Below are positions 11,970 through 25,974 of a DNA stretch of 64,000 nt, in pieces. Under the pieces are notes generated by a model that did no database searches, had not been told where the DNA came from, and was given only the letters and a program-made list of their open reading frames with translations. This stretch comes from Dicyema japonicum (lineage: Eukaryota > Animalia > Dicyemida). Within the stretch, counting starts at the first letter, position 1. Every line of letters starts with the position of its first letter. The stretch lies in assembly GCA_011109175.1 (NCBI GenBank), contig RDEW01000030.1, positions 366,094 to 430,093 on the forward strand. The letters are read 5' to 3'. The position numbers and the translations under genes are program-made.

Positions 11970-13674
11970 TTAAAAATCAATAATTTCAGAATAAATTTTG
12001 GATATGTCTAATTTGAATTCCGATGCACAAATTATCATTTTTTTGTGTTCAGTTTTTATTTTTTCTAAAAAGGGAAGTACTGTCACCAGGAGGATTTCGT
12101 AGACATTCAAACTTCCGTGATTTAGGTTGATCGAATTACACAAATTATTAATGATTTCGTTCTTGTCTATCAGAAGTGGCTGGAATTTAAGGTTCATGAC
12201 ATCAACTAGGCGTTTATTCCTTTAAGAATACAGTTATATATTAAGAGACAACAAAATAGGGAGTATTCCGTAAGGCTTAAGTTGAGCTGATCAATAATGG
12301 CTGACAGGTGGAATATAGATTCTATAAAATCATTGGCAATTGGGAGAGTTTTGAGGAAATCTTTTTTGTGGACATATGATGATTCTGTTATTGAATAAAC
12401 AATTGTGTCCGAGTCTTTGATGCACATGGAGAAAAGGATATAAAAAACCTGGTTATTTTAAAATTAGGTTTACCTCGATGACCGAATTTTTGAGAACATA
12501 GATTTGGTCTTCCATTTGCATCATAGAGATGTCAGGCAGCAGTTTCGCATATCTGATGATAGAACCAATAGTGTTGTTGATAAAACTCTGCAGTGTCATC
12601 CACGTGTGTCTCATATAATTGAAATTTTGGTAATAGAAGGATTCATCGGCCTACATAAAATGAAACCAGGTCAAAATATTTAATTCAAATTATACTTACT
12701 GTAGAAAAGATTGGTTTCACCATCAAGTTTTTCTCTTGGTAGATGTTGATAATGTCCATGAAATTGCTGATAAAATGCTGACAAATTGTGTAGTTGTAGT
12801 CGAACGTGTTGCTATAGGCGACCGGGACGGGGTTGTACATGTTCATGTCACCCATATTTATCATGTTTTGAATTATGGGGGTGTTCATGGGATCATTTAT
12901 TACTTGTGGGAACATATATTCCTCTTCATATCCGAAACTGGCGTTGTGGCGGTTGAAAAATCGAGGATTTGTCGAATCAAATACACCGGAAATCATCGAA
13001 TCCACATGATTGTAATTCAAATTAAAATATGAGTCTGAAGTTGACGGGATCGTGGTGTTGCTTGAATTCATGTACCCGCTGATTTGCTTTGAGTTGTCGT
13101 AGCTAGAATACTTAATGTGCTCAGTTGGAGGATCACTCTCAATTGTGTTTATTTTAGGACTATATTTTGGCTGTTCTACAAATTCTGTCTCCCTTTGCTG
13201 ATTGTAATTGTAAATTTGATCTTCTTTCTCCTTCTCTGACTTGAGGTTCTCCCGGAGGATAATTTCTTGCATTTCATCCTTCATTTTCTTTGACCGTCTG
13301 CCCAGTTTGGCGGCTAAATTGATGTTCAAAAATACCTGATTTCGACATTCCCACGCTGAAACACTTTGTAAGTCTACAGTATTGGCAGCGATTCCTTGTG
13401 TGGATATTTATTTCACAATTTTTGTTATAGTAGCACTTTCGGGACAAAATGTCTGATTTTTCGTTCAGAGATCGACGGTAGAAGCCCTGAATTTGTCACC
13501 TCCTCACCATACCTTGCAGCCCTCACACGTCATCACTCCATAATGTATTCCAGACGACTTGTCTCCACATACTAAACATTTCCCACATGTAGATATAGTT
13601 TTTGCTCGAGAATTTTTGACGGCGTTAACTTTAGAGTCTTGAGCTCCACTTTTCGGGTAAATTTTATAATTCAT
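11970..13674 (-). CDS. Nuclear receptor, NR1F (ROR/HR3)-like
   Basis: [25 protein letters not shown]|GFYRRS...[20 protein letters not shown]|[12 protein letters not shown]; long hinge; LBD with [21 protein letters not shown]. Confidence 0.9.
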
Positions 13675-14880
13675 TTATATCAGAGCTAATCGAGTAACCC
13701 ACATTATTACCAGTACGAGACTAAATTGTCAATCTACGCAATGCTTTCCTTTTTGTGCGCAAGTCTATAAATTTCTTGGAAATATTTATCGTCACCGAAA
13801 AGATGACAAAATATGCAGATTGGCACATACATTAACAAGAGTAAGTTTCGAACATTTATGTAAAAACAAGTTCGTCTGCGGAATCACTGTTTTGAGGGGT
13901 GCTAGAGGCTTGCATGATACCCAGTCATGTACTATGAAATGAGTAGGTTGTTGAGAAGATTTTGTTGTCAGAGTCATCTAATCTGAGGGATCGAAGGCAG
14001 AACTATGATGTGAGTTTCCCCAAAATTTATGTTAGCATCCCTTCTTGGTCCCCTCTATTGTTAAGGATCACGTTTTGGTCAGCCTACATTGGGGTCCTCA
14101 GTAAATGTTCTGTTCCACTTCTTTGTAACTGATTCTGGGTCTCTTGAATTTTTTAGACTCTTGTTTTCTTCTTCTCGTTACAAGACTATGGTAGACATTA
14201 CCCTCTCTACTAAAACACAGTAGCACCTTATTTCCGCTATAAATCTCCAGATTTTTTAATTTTTCCTTACGTGATCATCCACTTAAATACTAAATATTAG
14301 TGAAACTCAAATGAATGGTTATTCACTGATTTAAAGTGTACTCTTTGATAAGTCACTACCAGTAAACCCTCTGCACTGTCTATAGAGGCGTTGGATGCTC
14401 CAAGGTTCTGTGTTTGACTCCATTGGTCCAAAATTTAAAGGAAGGAACTTTGACAGTAATCGTCTACCTTAAGTAGGAACAAGTGAATTATTCGTTAGCA
14501 ATTCTCAAGTGGTCTTTCAAAATGTGATTTTTTGCTTCAGCGTCTTTCCAAGTGTGGATTCTTCATTAAGAGTCGAGTTTCAGTGGAATTATTAGTAAAG
14601 TATTTTCACCAGTCAAGCATAAACCTAGGAATGGTGCTTGAAAGGCTTGAATTATCAGAACTGTAAGATAATTGAGAACATTAAAACCGTATAGCATTTG
14701 ACACGATTATGGCTTGTGTACTATTCTTATTCATTTTTCGTGGAAGAGTGATTGTCACGTGGCGAAAAAAGCTGAAAATTTATGGAAAAGATCTCCAAGG
14801 TTGTGGAACATGAAACAAGGTCTGAGCAATTTAGTTAGATCCTCCTTTATAATGTCTGTATATAAATCCGATTTCAAAAA

Positions 14881-15377
14881 TTATAAATGAAGTATGACTC
14901 GACCGTTATACCCCCACGCGATTGCTGTCGGGACAAACGAAACGATAAGCAGCAAGTACCTGATCTTCCTCAAGAAACTAGGACGTATTGCCTCGCTTAA
15001 AAGCCATGATGACAGCAAAACGTGATGGCTCATCCGGTTGGTATCCATAGCGATCCTGAGGGGAAACACTGTATCAATAAAGTCGGGGGGAATAAGAATT
15101 CCAATATAACTCGTACCTCCACATCAAACAAAAGAGATTAAATTCCCTCAAAAACAGGCTGATTAACATGACAGATTTCTCAGAACTCTTCCCTTCTCCG
15201 TTCAATGACTCAACGATCAAAAAAGGCGGAGCTCGATCTTCTTATTTGAAGTGAACAAATAGAAATCAGAGTACTGCAAATCTTTATAAAAGAAGCTTAG
15301 GTACAAAAAAGGGATTAAAAAAAGTTGTATCAACTAAAATTTCCTTGCATCTATGACAAGGAATATCAGGATCTCAT
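14881..15377 (-). other. Candidate ornithine decarboxylase antizyme locus (+1 frameshift); reading frame not fully resolved
   Basis: ATG AGA TCC TGA T; +1 frame DIPCHRC; 7-bp stem 2 nt after the TGA; later FF|YSD, GGTSYIGI, HV, RPSFLRKIRYL in antizyme-like order; stops interrupt the middle. Confidence 0.4.
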
Positions 15378-15494
15378 ATTTATTTGAACCTTCTTTCTTC
15401 GTTTTTTCGCGGTTAAATAAATAAAATAAAACAAAATTGCATTCGTATTTGGGGTGAAGAGAATTGATAATTTATTTCTAAAATATGATTAAAA

Positions 15495-16140
15495 GTAATT
15501 ATTAAAAAGCACTCCCGAGAAAACATAAAGTTAATTAAGTATCCCTTGTGCCTTATTCCTAATCATCCTCTCCTTCAACCTCGACCATGATCCTCTGTTG
15601 TGCGCTAGTTCTCTTAGGTAGTCCAGATCGTCTGCCAAAGTTAGTCTCATAGCAACCGCCGTTAGGTCTTCATTCAAAATAGTCGGAAGTGTCGTTCTTG
15701 GCCTTCCGCGGAATCCGGCTCCTGTGTGTGCGAAGTAGTTGTCCATTGCGATATATGCGAAGACCTGGTCATTAGCCGTAACACGTGACCAAAGAGGCTC
15801 TATCTTGATTTGAAAATATCACCTGAGAACACGCCGGATATTCATTTATTATAAAGGTTTCCATTAGAGATCATCACAGGCCAGTTGCTCTAAATTACCG
15901 ATTTGAGCTGAGCTCTGTGAAAAGAGTCAAGAAGGTCCATTTCCCGTTTAGAGATTCCCCAAATCCCAGAGTTTTTAGGTTAGTACCGGGATGACAAAAG
16001 CTTTGTATATTCTAAGCCTGGTGCTTAATCCCTCCTTCTGGAGGACACTAAAGAGTATCAACAGCCTCACAAAGGAAGATGACGGCGGAGTTGAAGCCGT
16101 TTCCCTTGCCCCGGAACATGTACGGAAAGTCGCTAATAAC
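15495..16140 (-). mobile_element. RTE LINE 3' fragment
   Basis: LSTRLRIYKAFVIPVLT and FRGRPRTTLPTILNEDL, similar to the 17.7-18.3 kb and 48 kb copies. Confidence 0.8.
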
Positions 16141-17690
16141 CTCATGAAATAATATGTGTCGATCAGCCACAAGGAATTCTCTCGATCTCTGCATGTCAAA
16201 CGAGGTGGTCCACAGCAGTCGACATATACGACGTTCTTCACTCCCTATGATATGGAAAAAACTATTAAATTTCTACGACCAACCCTAGCCTGTGGCCCCG
16301 ACGGTGTCAGTGCTATCCACCTTAAACATCTAGAACCTCAGGCTCATATTGTGTTATCAAGACTATACAACCACTCTATAAATTCCCATGAAATACCAAA
16401 CATATGGAAGAACTCATTGATTACTCCAATCCTCAAGCCTGGAAAATCAAAAGACATTCCATCCTCTTACCGCCCTGTCTCCATAACTTGCGCCTTGTCA
16501 AAAGTGTTGGAGAGCTTGTACTAATGTTAATCACCCCTGTTCTACAATTTCCTGATTTTCAACATGGCTTCAGATCAGGCCGTTTTACAACGACGCATTT
16601 GGGATTTGTCTTCCAGTTTATCACAGACGGCTTCAACATGAAGACGCACTTACGGACGGCTCTGGTGTCAATATATATACAGAGAGCCTTCGACTCGGTT
16701 TCGAGGACTCTCTAAACAAAAAAGATCTTTAACTCAAATATACATCCGAGCATCATGCTATAGGATGGAAAACTTCTTAAATGGCCGCCGTGGAAGAGTC
16801 CGGATTGGAAAAATTACTTCAAAATCAAGACTACTCCCTAATGGGGTCCCACAAGGCTCCCTTCTGTCTCCTCTCTTATTTAACTTATTTCTACACGATT
16901 TACCTACTATCAATGATCAGGACACCATGTTTTTATCTTATGCGGACGACCTGATTATCCCTGCAAGGGATGTGGCGGTGGTTCAGTCACACCTCAACCA
17001 GGTGTGTGACTGGCTATCCATGAATTTGCTGTCTGTGTCTGCATCTAAGTCGCAGTTCACCCTATTTACTACGGACAGAAGATTTAAAGGTGGACTTGAG
17101 ATATTCCTCGGAAACATTCCCATCACTTATACACGAATCCAGAAGATCCTTGGAGTAACTTTCGACTTTCTGATGACGTTCGCTAGTCACACGGAGAGAG
17201 GTGTTAACCAAGGGTCTTCGAAAATGGAACGTCCTAAAAGCTATCGTAGAGAAGACCCCCTTTCCTCCTACTGCTTGTATCAGCAAGGTATATCTCCAAG
17301 TTATTGGGCCGACGATTAAATTTGCCTGTTCTGCCTAGAGATTAGCCATTCCTTCTACGAGGGTGGAGCGTATGAACTCTCTCAGACGGAAGATCATGAG
17401 ACATATACAATCAGACTCCACATCCGTTCCCAGTCTGCTTTCAGACGAGGCGACGGTGAAAAATGGCCTGGGCTTCCTACGTATGTGCAATGAGCTAGGA
17501 AACCTATTCAGAGAGAGGGTGGTTCATGCGGAAGAATTCAGATCGGCATTAAAAAAAGTGCACTCCGATAGAATTCCTTTGCAGAAATAAAAGAAGACAC
17601 TTCAGAAACGCTGTTGGTTCACTGGCGGAGCATTCAAAGAGAATTCGAGAGATGTTGGAGGCTGGGATCACTTAATTTAGCAAGTTAATT
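16140..17690 (+). mobile_element. 5'-truncated Jockey/I-like LINE (RT)
   Basis: ACGPDGV, PILKPGK..YRPVSIT, QHGFRSG, QRAFDSV, GVPQGSLLSPLLFNLF, YADDL; same family as 3.8-6.2 kb. Confidence 0.88.
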
Positions 17691-17704
17691 CTTTCTTGGT
17701 GGTC

Positions 17705-20700
17705 TTGGTGTTATTATTATTATCTAGGCACTTCACGAGAGCCATACTAATTATAGCCCCGCATGTGCAGCAAAAGAAACAAGGTTAGATGTCATCCTTT
17801 TCCATGCTCCCCTGTTCCTAGCCAAGGCTCTCATAGTGTCCAGGTCGTCGGCATGTTTTAGATTTCTTTTAATATTGACCAGGTCTTTTTATAAAACTAT
17901 TGGCAGTGTTGTTCTAGGTCTTCCACGATAGCGGCCTTCTTGACTAACATAGTATGTTTCCATAGATATGTTCGGTGGGGATGTTAATTCCAACCTCATC
18001 ACGTGTCCGAAGAGCTTCCATCGGGATTCCAGTACTTCTAAGCTAATAGGTCTAGTGCTGCATCTCTTATGTAAAGCATCTCTCGATATTCTCGTAGGCC
18101 AAGTAGTTCCTGTTATTTTTCTCAGCTGACCTCAGTGGAACTAGTCTAGTCTATCCATATCCGCTATGAGGTCGCCCAAGTTCCAGCGTTATATAAAAGT
18201 ACGGGTTTTATGAATGAGTCGTATAATAGGATTCTCAGTTTCGTGTTAATACCTCTTTGATTGAGCCATAGATTCTTCAGTTTATATAATGCAGCATTGG
18301 CTAGAGTTTTCCTACGTAAGATATCTTCGCTATCTCCCAAGAATGAACCGAGTTTCTTTACTTGTCGCCACTTCTCTTCTAGGACGTTACTCATCCTTCT
18401 TATCTCTGTGAGTTCTGTTTCTCTGTTCACAGTAAGAAACCATTTCCCTAGTACATCTGGTGCTTTTTCTAATAGGGTTTCCAGGACCTCTTTGTCTTCA
18501 GAAATTAGGTCTACATCGTCCGCGTAGATTACTTCTTCCGTCTTTCCTTGGTATAACGGTCTAAGTTCCCTCATAGCGGCTTCCAAATAAATTGTGAATA
18601 GTAGAGGAGAAAGAGAGTCTCCTTGTGGAGTGCCCGTGTTTGTTTCAAATTTTCTTGAATAGGTTTCCGACTCTCACAAGGAGCTCAGTGTTAGAAAGTA
18701 GAATTCGGATCCTTAGACTCGATTCATCAAGAAATCCGCTCAGTACCCCCATTAATTTGTTCCTGTTAACCGTATCAAAAGCTCTTGATAGTCAATTCCC
18801 AATATTGGTGGCGTTGTGGTATCTTTGATGTGTTGCACACTTCCATCTGTGACTCCAGACCGCATCAGCTGTGGATCTCCCATCTCGAAAATCACTTTGA
18901 CAATCTGGTAGGTATTTGTAAGCAGATCCTTTTATTCGTTCAAGCACAATGTTTGCCAAGACTTTGCGTAATGAATTTAATAGTATGATGGGTCACAAAT
19001 TTTCGAGCGGTCCTCTGATTTTGTTGATTTTTTGTATGGGGATTCGTAGTCCAGTACTCAGAAGTAGAGTTGAGTTAGTTGAAAACATTTCATTTAGTAG
19101 TGTAGCGATTTTTTCAAAAAGAGGGTCAGGGCCGTATTTCAGTAATTCTGGGTTTATCGCATCTGGTCCCGGGCTTCTGTTATTCTTGAGTATTCGGCAG
19201 GCTGTTTTGATTTCCTCGTCCGTGATTGGTATCTCCAGGGGTCTTGGCTTATATGGTTTTGATGTTGAAAAGCTTCTCAAAGTTAGCCGCGATGGCTTCA
19301 GTTTGTTCTTCGGTGTTCAGTGTCAGCTTACCGTTCTCGTCTTTTATGGATAGTCGACTTCGGTTTGTTCGCCGCAGCAAACGAGCAGCGACGTACACCT
19401 GTGCGTTGTCTTTCACTTTGTTTGCCTCTTCTATACAAGAAAGCTTCTTGTTCAGACTTTTTATTTTTCTTCTGACACGTTGCCTTTCGCTCTGAAGGGT
19501 TTTTCTCGTATTAGCGTCAGTGGCATTTGATTTTTTCATGTTTATTTCTTTTAAACTTTTCGCAACTCTGGATGAATAGTCTTCAGGTACATTTTATTGT
19601 TCTCCCTTTTGCCAAGACATGCCTCAGCAGCTTCGTTGATGGTATCCTTTGTGCGTTTCCAGGCGTCTTCTAACGAGGTATCCGCCAAAACGTCCTGCAT
19701 ATGAGTCTGAATGTATTGTTGATATCTCTCAGTAGTCTCCAGTTGGAAATCAGCCTTTCAATCGCGTAGTCGCCTCTGACTTTCTCAAATTCGTGATTTT
19801 TGCATTCTTTTATTTGATGGCATGTCTTTTTCAGGGTGAAGGTCGCAATAACCATCCTGTGGTTTGTGGCAGGGAGGATGCGTAAATGCCGTATTACATA
19901 GAAAAGGTTGTTGCCATACAAAAATGACCAAGTATTGTCCCGGGTAAGTTTCTTATTCCACGTCCATGTTCTCCCTAGCGAAAAGCGAACAACAACAACT
20001 AAACGATTTATTAACAAAAGAGTTAAGGAGTTTTCTGAAGGGTATTACATCTGAGTCCTACCATAGGGCTTGGACTCCACACCTGGACCCTTCCTCCTTT
20101 TTTTATTAATTTTTTTCAGAACGTTTCTCCCAGCTTTATATACGTGTCCTGGATCTTTGATCTCCTTCTGAAACCATTGATCCGATCCTCCACAATCTTG
20201 CTAATCGATTCTAAGAGCTTGTTTTTGTTTTAGCTTAGACAGTCTTTCAGTTTCTTGTTTAAGGAGAGTTTAATTGCAGCTCTCCTAGTCTTCTCTAAGA
20301 GGGATAAGATCTTCTCCCTCTTCGGAGAGAAGAATCACCCTCGCACCCATAAAGTAAGCTAGGGAGAATAACTCCCTTCAAGATAAACAGGTAAGTGTCA
20401 CGGCTAACGTGTAACTTCCGTGTACATAGGAGCGACTGAAAGGCTCTCTTTCTCCTCCCCTTTATGTCGTCCATGTAATCTCCTGCGTGTCCATAGTCGA
20501 CCCCCAGGTAGCGCAGACTGTGTGCATTGTTTACTCCCAGTGTGTATTCTTGTTTAAGGTGCTTTTTCACATTGTTTATTCGGAGTGCGCAAGATTTTTC
20601 AGCAGAGAGCTTTAACCCTCTCAAGTTGCACCAATGCTCAATCTGGTCAACATACTTTCGGATTCTTCCTTCAGATATAGAAGATTTTAGAGATGTGCCC

Positions 20701-21545
20701 ACCACGATTACGTCATCCGCATAAATAAGAAGACTAGTATTAATATTCCTCGGACGTGGAAAACTCGCCATGAATATTTAAACAATAGGGCTCAATACTG
20801 AACCTTGTGGTACTCCTCTCTTGAAAGATATTGCATCGGATATATTTCCACACACCTTGACAAAAGATTGTCTTTCCTGAAGATAATTTCTTAGCCAAAC
20901 AAATAGATATCTTGGAACACAAGCTGCTTTAACAACGATTCATGGCACACACTGTCGAATGCTTTCAAAGAACATAATAAGCTAATTGGTCCGTAGCTTG
21001 CCGGATTGTTCTCCTAAGAAAACATCATCCGGGTTATTTTTCATCACGATTTTCGCATTCAAATCGCCAGCAATGAGTATTAGTGATGACGGCTCATATT
21101 CGTTGTACCCCGTTCTGCCGGATCTTTCGCTACTCCCGCAGTGTGGCGCATAAATATTTATAATTGTCAGAAAGCTCTTCGAAGGAGGTAAGTCGTTTAG
21201 ACGGATTTGTATAACACAGATCCTGTCATTCACACTCCATATACGATGGACTGCACTTGTCAACTTTGAGTGGATGGCAAATCCAAGTCCATAATATTTT
21301 GAATCGCTCGGTAGACATATTATTCGATATTCGCCATAATTCTCATCAAGGCTACAAGTAACTTTCGTCTCTCATATCTCTACAGGTCGTCACAGAGAAT
21401 CTTCATCGACCAGGTCGTAGATGAACCTCTAGCATTGAACGTTAGGAGCTTTAGACGAGATACATTCCTTTGTACCCCTTGCTTTTTAGACATTTTTCTC
21501 AACTGTGATCCAATTAAGAAACGAGGCATGTCACCACCTCACCAA
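17705..21545 (-). mobile_element. Decayed near-full-length RTE LINE, split by an insertion at ~20040-20960
   Basis: 5' LLTFNARG, INIYAPH, AGDLNAK; then NHRMVIA, SPGPDAI, GTPQGDSLSPLLFTIYL, YADDVDL, FRGRPRT; (TAA)n tail at ~17710-17722. Confidence 0.88.
20040..20960 (-). mobile_element. Nested 3' fragment of a Jockey/I/R1-like LINE
   Basis: GVPQGSVLSP, LIYADDV, LRYLGV, LPSLLYGCE; same family as 43.5-45.5 kb, sharing a 3' UTR hairpin. Confidence 0.82.
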
Positions 21546-21732
21546 AAAAAGGAAGTGTGGTCTTGGGGTTTTAAAATAAATAAATGTGAGGTGATCTAGG
21601 GGTTTTAAAATAAATAAATAAAATGTGACTCCATATTGAAGATATTAAAGGTAAACAATTGTAAACATAATAAACATTAAATTTAATACAATTTTAATAA
21701 ATAAATTTAATTTCTATAGATACATTTACTTG

Positions 21733-23377
<1,645 letters not shown>

Positions 23378-25596
23378 GTCTCCGTTATTACACTATGATT
23401 ACTATTCTGTTTATTTCTGATTTTTATGTTGAATTTAGGTGCTACTGTGGTTTATGGTAGTAATCTGTTGTTGAGTGTAGATTATGTAATCTGTTTTTTA
23501 ATATTTTACTTGTAATCTGTTAGTAATACGGACCTTATCGTGGTTGTTGTCATAAATGCGTGCAAAATCTCCCTCCCGTACATGTTCCACGGTGTTCAAC
23601 AGAACAATCTGCTGTCTAGCAGGAGCATTAGTCACTTACGCTTACAATTTCTAATGAACTCATGTTTGATTAAAGCAGATTATTTTACTTGAAATATTGT
23701 TTTGATGGAAATTTATATAAAGTGTGACGAAAAGTAGTTTGAGGATATTTTGCAAGTCGTTTTGGTTTCACAGTAATCAGTTACATAAAAAAGTTAGAAG
23801 TTAAAGCTCCTATTCCGTAGCTACTCCATCTTTGAAAATACACTGAAACTGTCAGCACCGTTCTCAGTGCTCCGAGAGAACTGATTAAACTTCAAACCCT
23901 TCGAAAATAGAGAAGCACAAAGGCATAGTTTACTTCCAAGTCGATGTCAGAGATTGGGTTTTCAACCCCCGAAAGGGTAGAAACAGGAAGGCATACGTGA
24001 AACAGATTTTAATGTTATTTTTACATTTGAATTGAGATTGAAGTTTTAATTTGCATAGTAAACTTAGTTTTTTCACGAACAAAATTCTAAAATATTTTCA
24101 TTAATTGAAGCTTTATTAGATCAGTTCGCCAAATGATTAATTGGTCGGTAGGTTAAGATGGTTAATGTACCTCTATTTATGAAATGTTTATTTTCAAAAA
24201 TAGGCAAAGACGTAATTTTTATAAAAATCTGGAGAGTTATTAACAATACAACCAGGGGGTCGAAATGCAATGACGGGGGAATGACTAACGGAGGAAACGA
24301 TGGATGATAACACATCAATAGCGTCTTTTGGAGTATAGGGTTTTAGAATCTGAAACCATCTAAGAAATAGCCGAATTCCACTAATCCGATACTACCAATA
24401 AAGGAGAAGGCAACATTTAATTTGTTAGAGCTCGCAGTCAGTTTTTGGAAGATTGAAACTTTATAATGAAATAGGGGTTACTCATAGAATTGTAATTCAA
24501 AAGTCTTCCGCCCAAAAACGGATGAAGGAAGGCAATGATAACCTTAAAGTAATTAATGAATCAAACATCAAGGACGAGAAGTGTGCAATTCATATCAACC
24601 ATGTTGGTCCCTTTTTCGCTTAGTAAACATTCCAGTAAGTGGATTTAATAAATACAGTAAACCCCCATTAATCCGAATTTTTTTGATGAGTAAGCAAAAT
24701 TTTACTAAGATTCCATTAACATCATTAAATGGTTTCTGTATGCTTTCATCGCTAATTGTGGGTAGATCAACAGATTACGTCATTCGCTATAGCTTTTCTA
24801 TTTGGATGTCTTCTCTATGATCTATAATAGATGCTCATCCACTCCTATTTTTTAAAGCGCCATATAATTGAACGAAATGCCACGTCCTGTCTAATTTCTC
24901 GTACATGGTGACGTTCCTAAATTCGCATTCTATTTGGGGACCTATTACGAAAATCTCTGACCTCTAAACTAGTTTTGTTACGAATCCGACCAAGAAGTCT
25001 TAACACTAAGTGGGTTGCCGAGTTACCTATGTGAAGGTATCCAAATCCGTCTTGAAGAAAAACACCCCGATCGAGTTTCGAGAAGACAGATCTAGAAGGT
25101 GGTGAGATCACTGGCAGACCAAAAGTCCGGGAGTTGCTAGAAATCTAGATCACTTAATTGGTTGGTTTTGACACCTTTTTTCTTGATGGCCCAGGAGTCC
25201 TTTAGATAAAACAGAGTAGGATATTGAGTGGAGGGAGTTCAAGCTTTCAGAGAAGAGGTCTCCTTTATAATCTGATGTGGATATGTACCTCTAAAGGCAT
25301 GCTGGACAATAAGTTGAAATTGCACTTCGACTTCCTCATACCGAAAATTGGAGTTTATACCTTGTGCAACGATTAAAGACCATCACCCATTTCACAGAGG
25401 ATCGCCTCCTGATTGTCTTCGAGGTGACGTTAGGTCATTTTTATTGACAGTTCCACTTGCTAAGCTGATCATAAATCTCTTCTAAGCAACTAGAAATCAT
25501 CCTTAAACCACGTGTCATGGGTACTCTAGCATTGAAATTAAAAAAATTCTTAAATAAGAATTAATTAAAAATATTGAATAGTAAAATTTTAAATTA

Positions 25597-25974
25597 TCAG
25601 CCATAAACAGGTTTCTTTGTATAACTAAGAAAGAGAGTTCCACCAACAGCGAAACACTGGCAAATAAATGTTAAATATTACATCAAAGAGATCCCCGATG
25701 AGAGAATATGGAGAAGGTGCAAATGAGTTATTGACGTACAATTGCTCAGAATTAATATAATATTACTAGTTGATCACATGGAGGGACTTTTAGTGCGGTC
25801 CTCAACATCTGGATCAGACTTTTGACAGTGTCATCGGCATTGGTTTGGCATTGCTCATTCTTAAGCATCGGAAGGTCCTTGGTCAAGGATCTGCATACAA
25901 GGTTAACTGGCTTGATTATATATGCTCTAACCTTTTCTATGCTCAGTTTTCAACAGGTCAGCATCCGAAGCCAT
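25597..25974 (-). CDS. ATG12: Ubiquitin-like protein ATG12, 101 aa, 4 exons
   Basis: Removing introns 25907-25931, 25745-25766 and 25657-25681 gives ...LKVPPCDQLQLYVNNSFAPSPYSLIGDLFDCFAVGGTLFLSYTKKPVYG*, ending in the C-terminal Gly. Confidence 0.92.

Noticed and set aside
15080-15205. Four in-frame TGA codons in the antizyme-like frame, suggesting TGA reassignment
   Set aside because: ATG12 ends GGC-TGA at its essential terminal Gly; MFSD11 and NHP2 also stop at TGA; a TAA is in the same frame
21566-21627. Short direct repeat GGGGTTTTAAAATAAATAAAT...GTGA, twice
   Set aside because: Only two low-complexity units; a local duplication, not an array or CRISPR
25170-25520. NVTSKTIRRR..LCEMG, resembling a Tc1 transposase HTH
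   Set aside because: Too short and degraded, with no DDE segment or TIR to support a call
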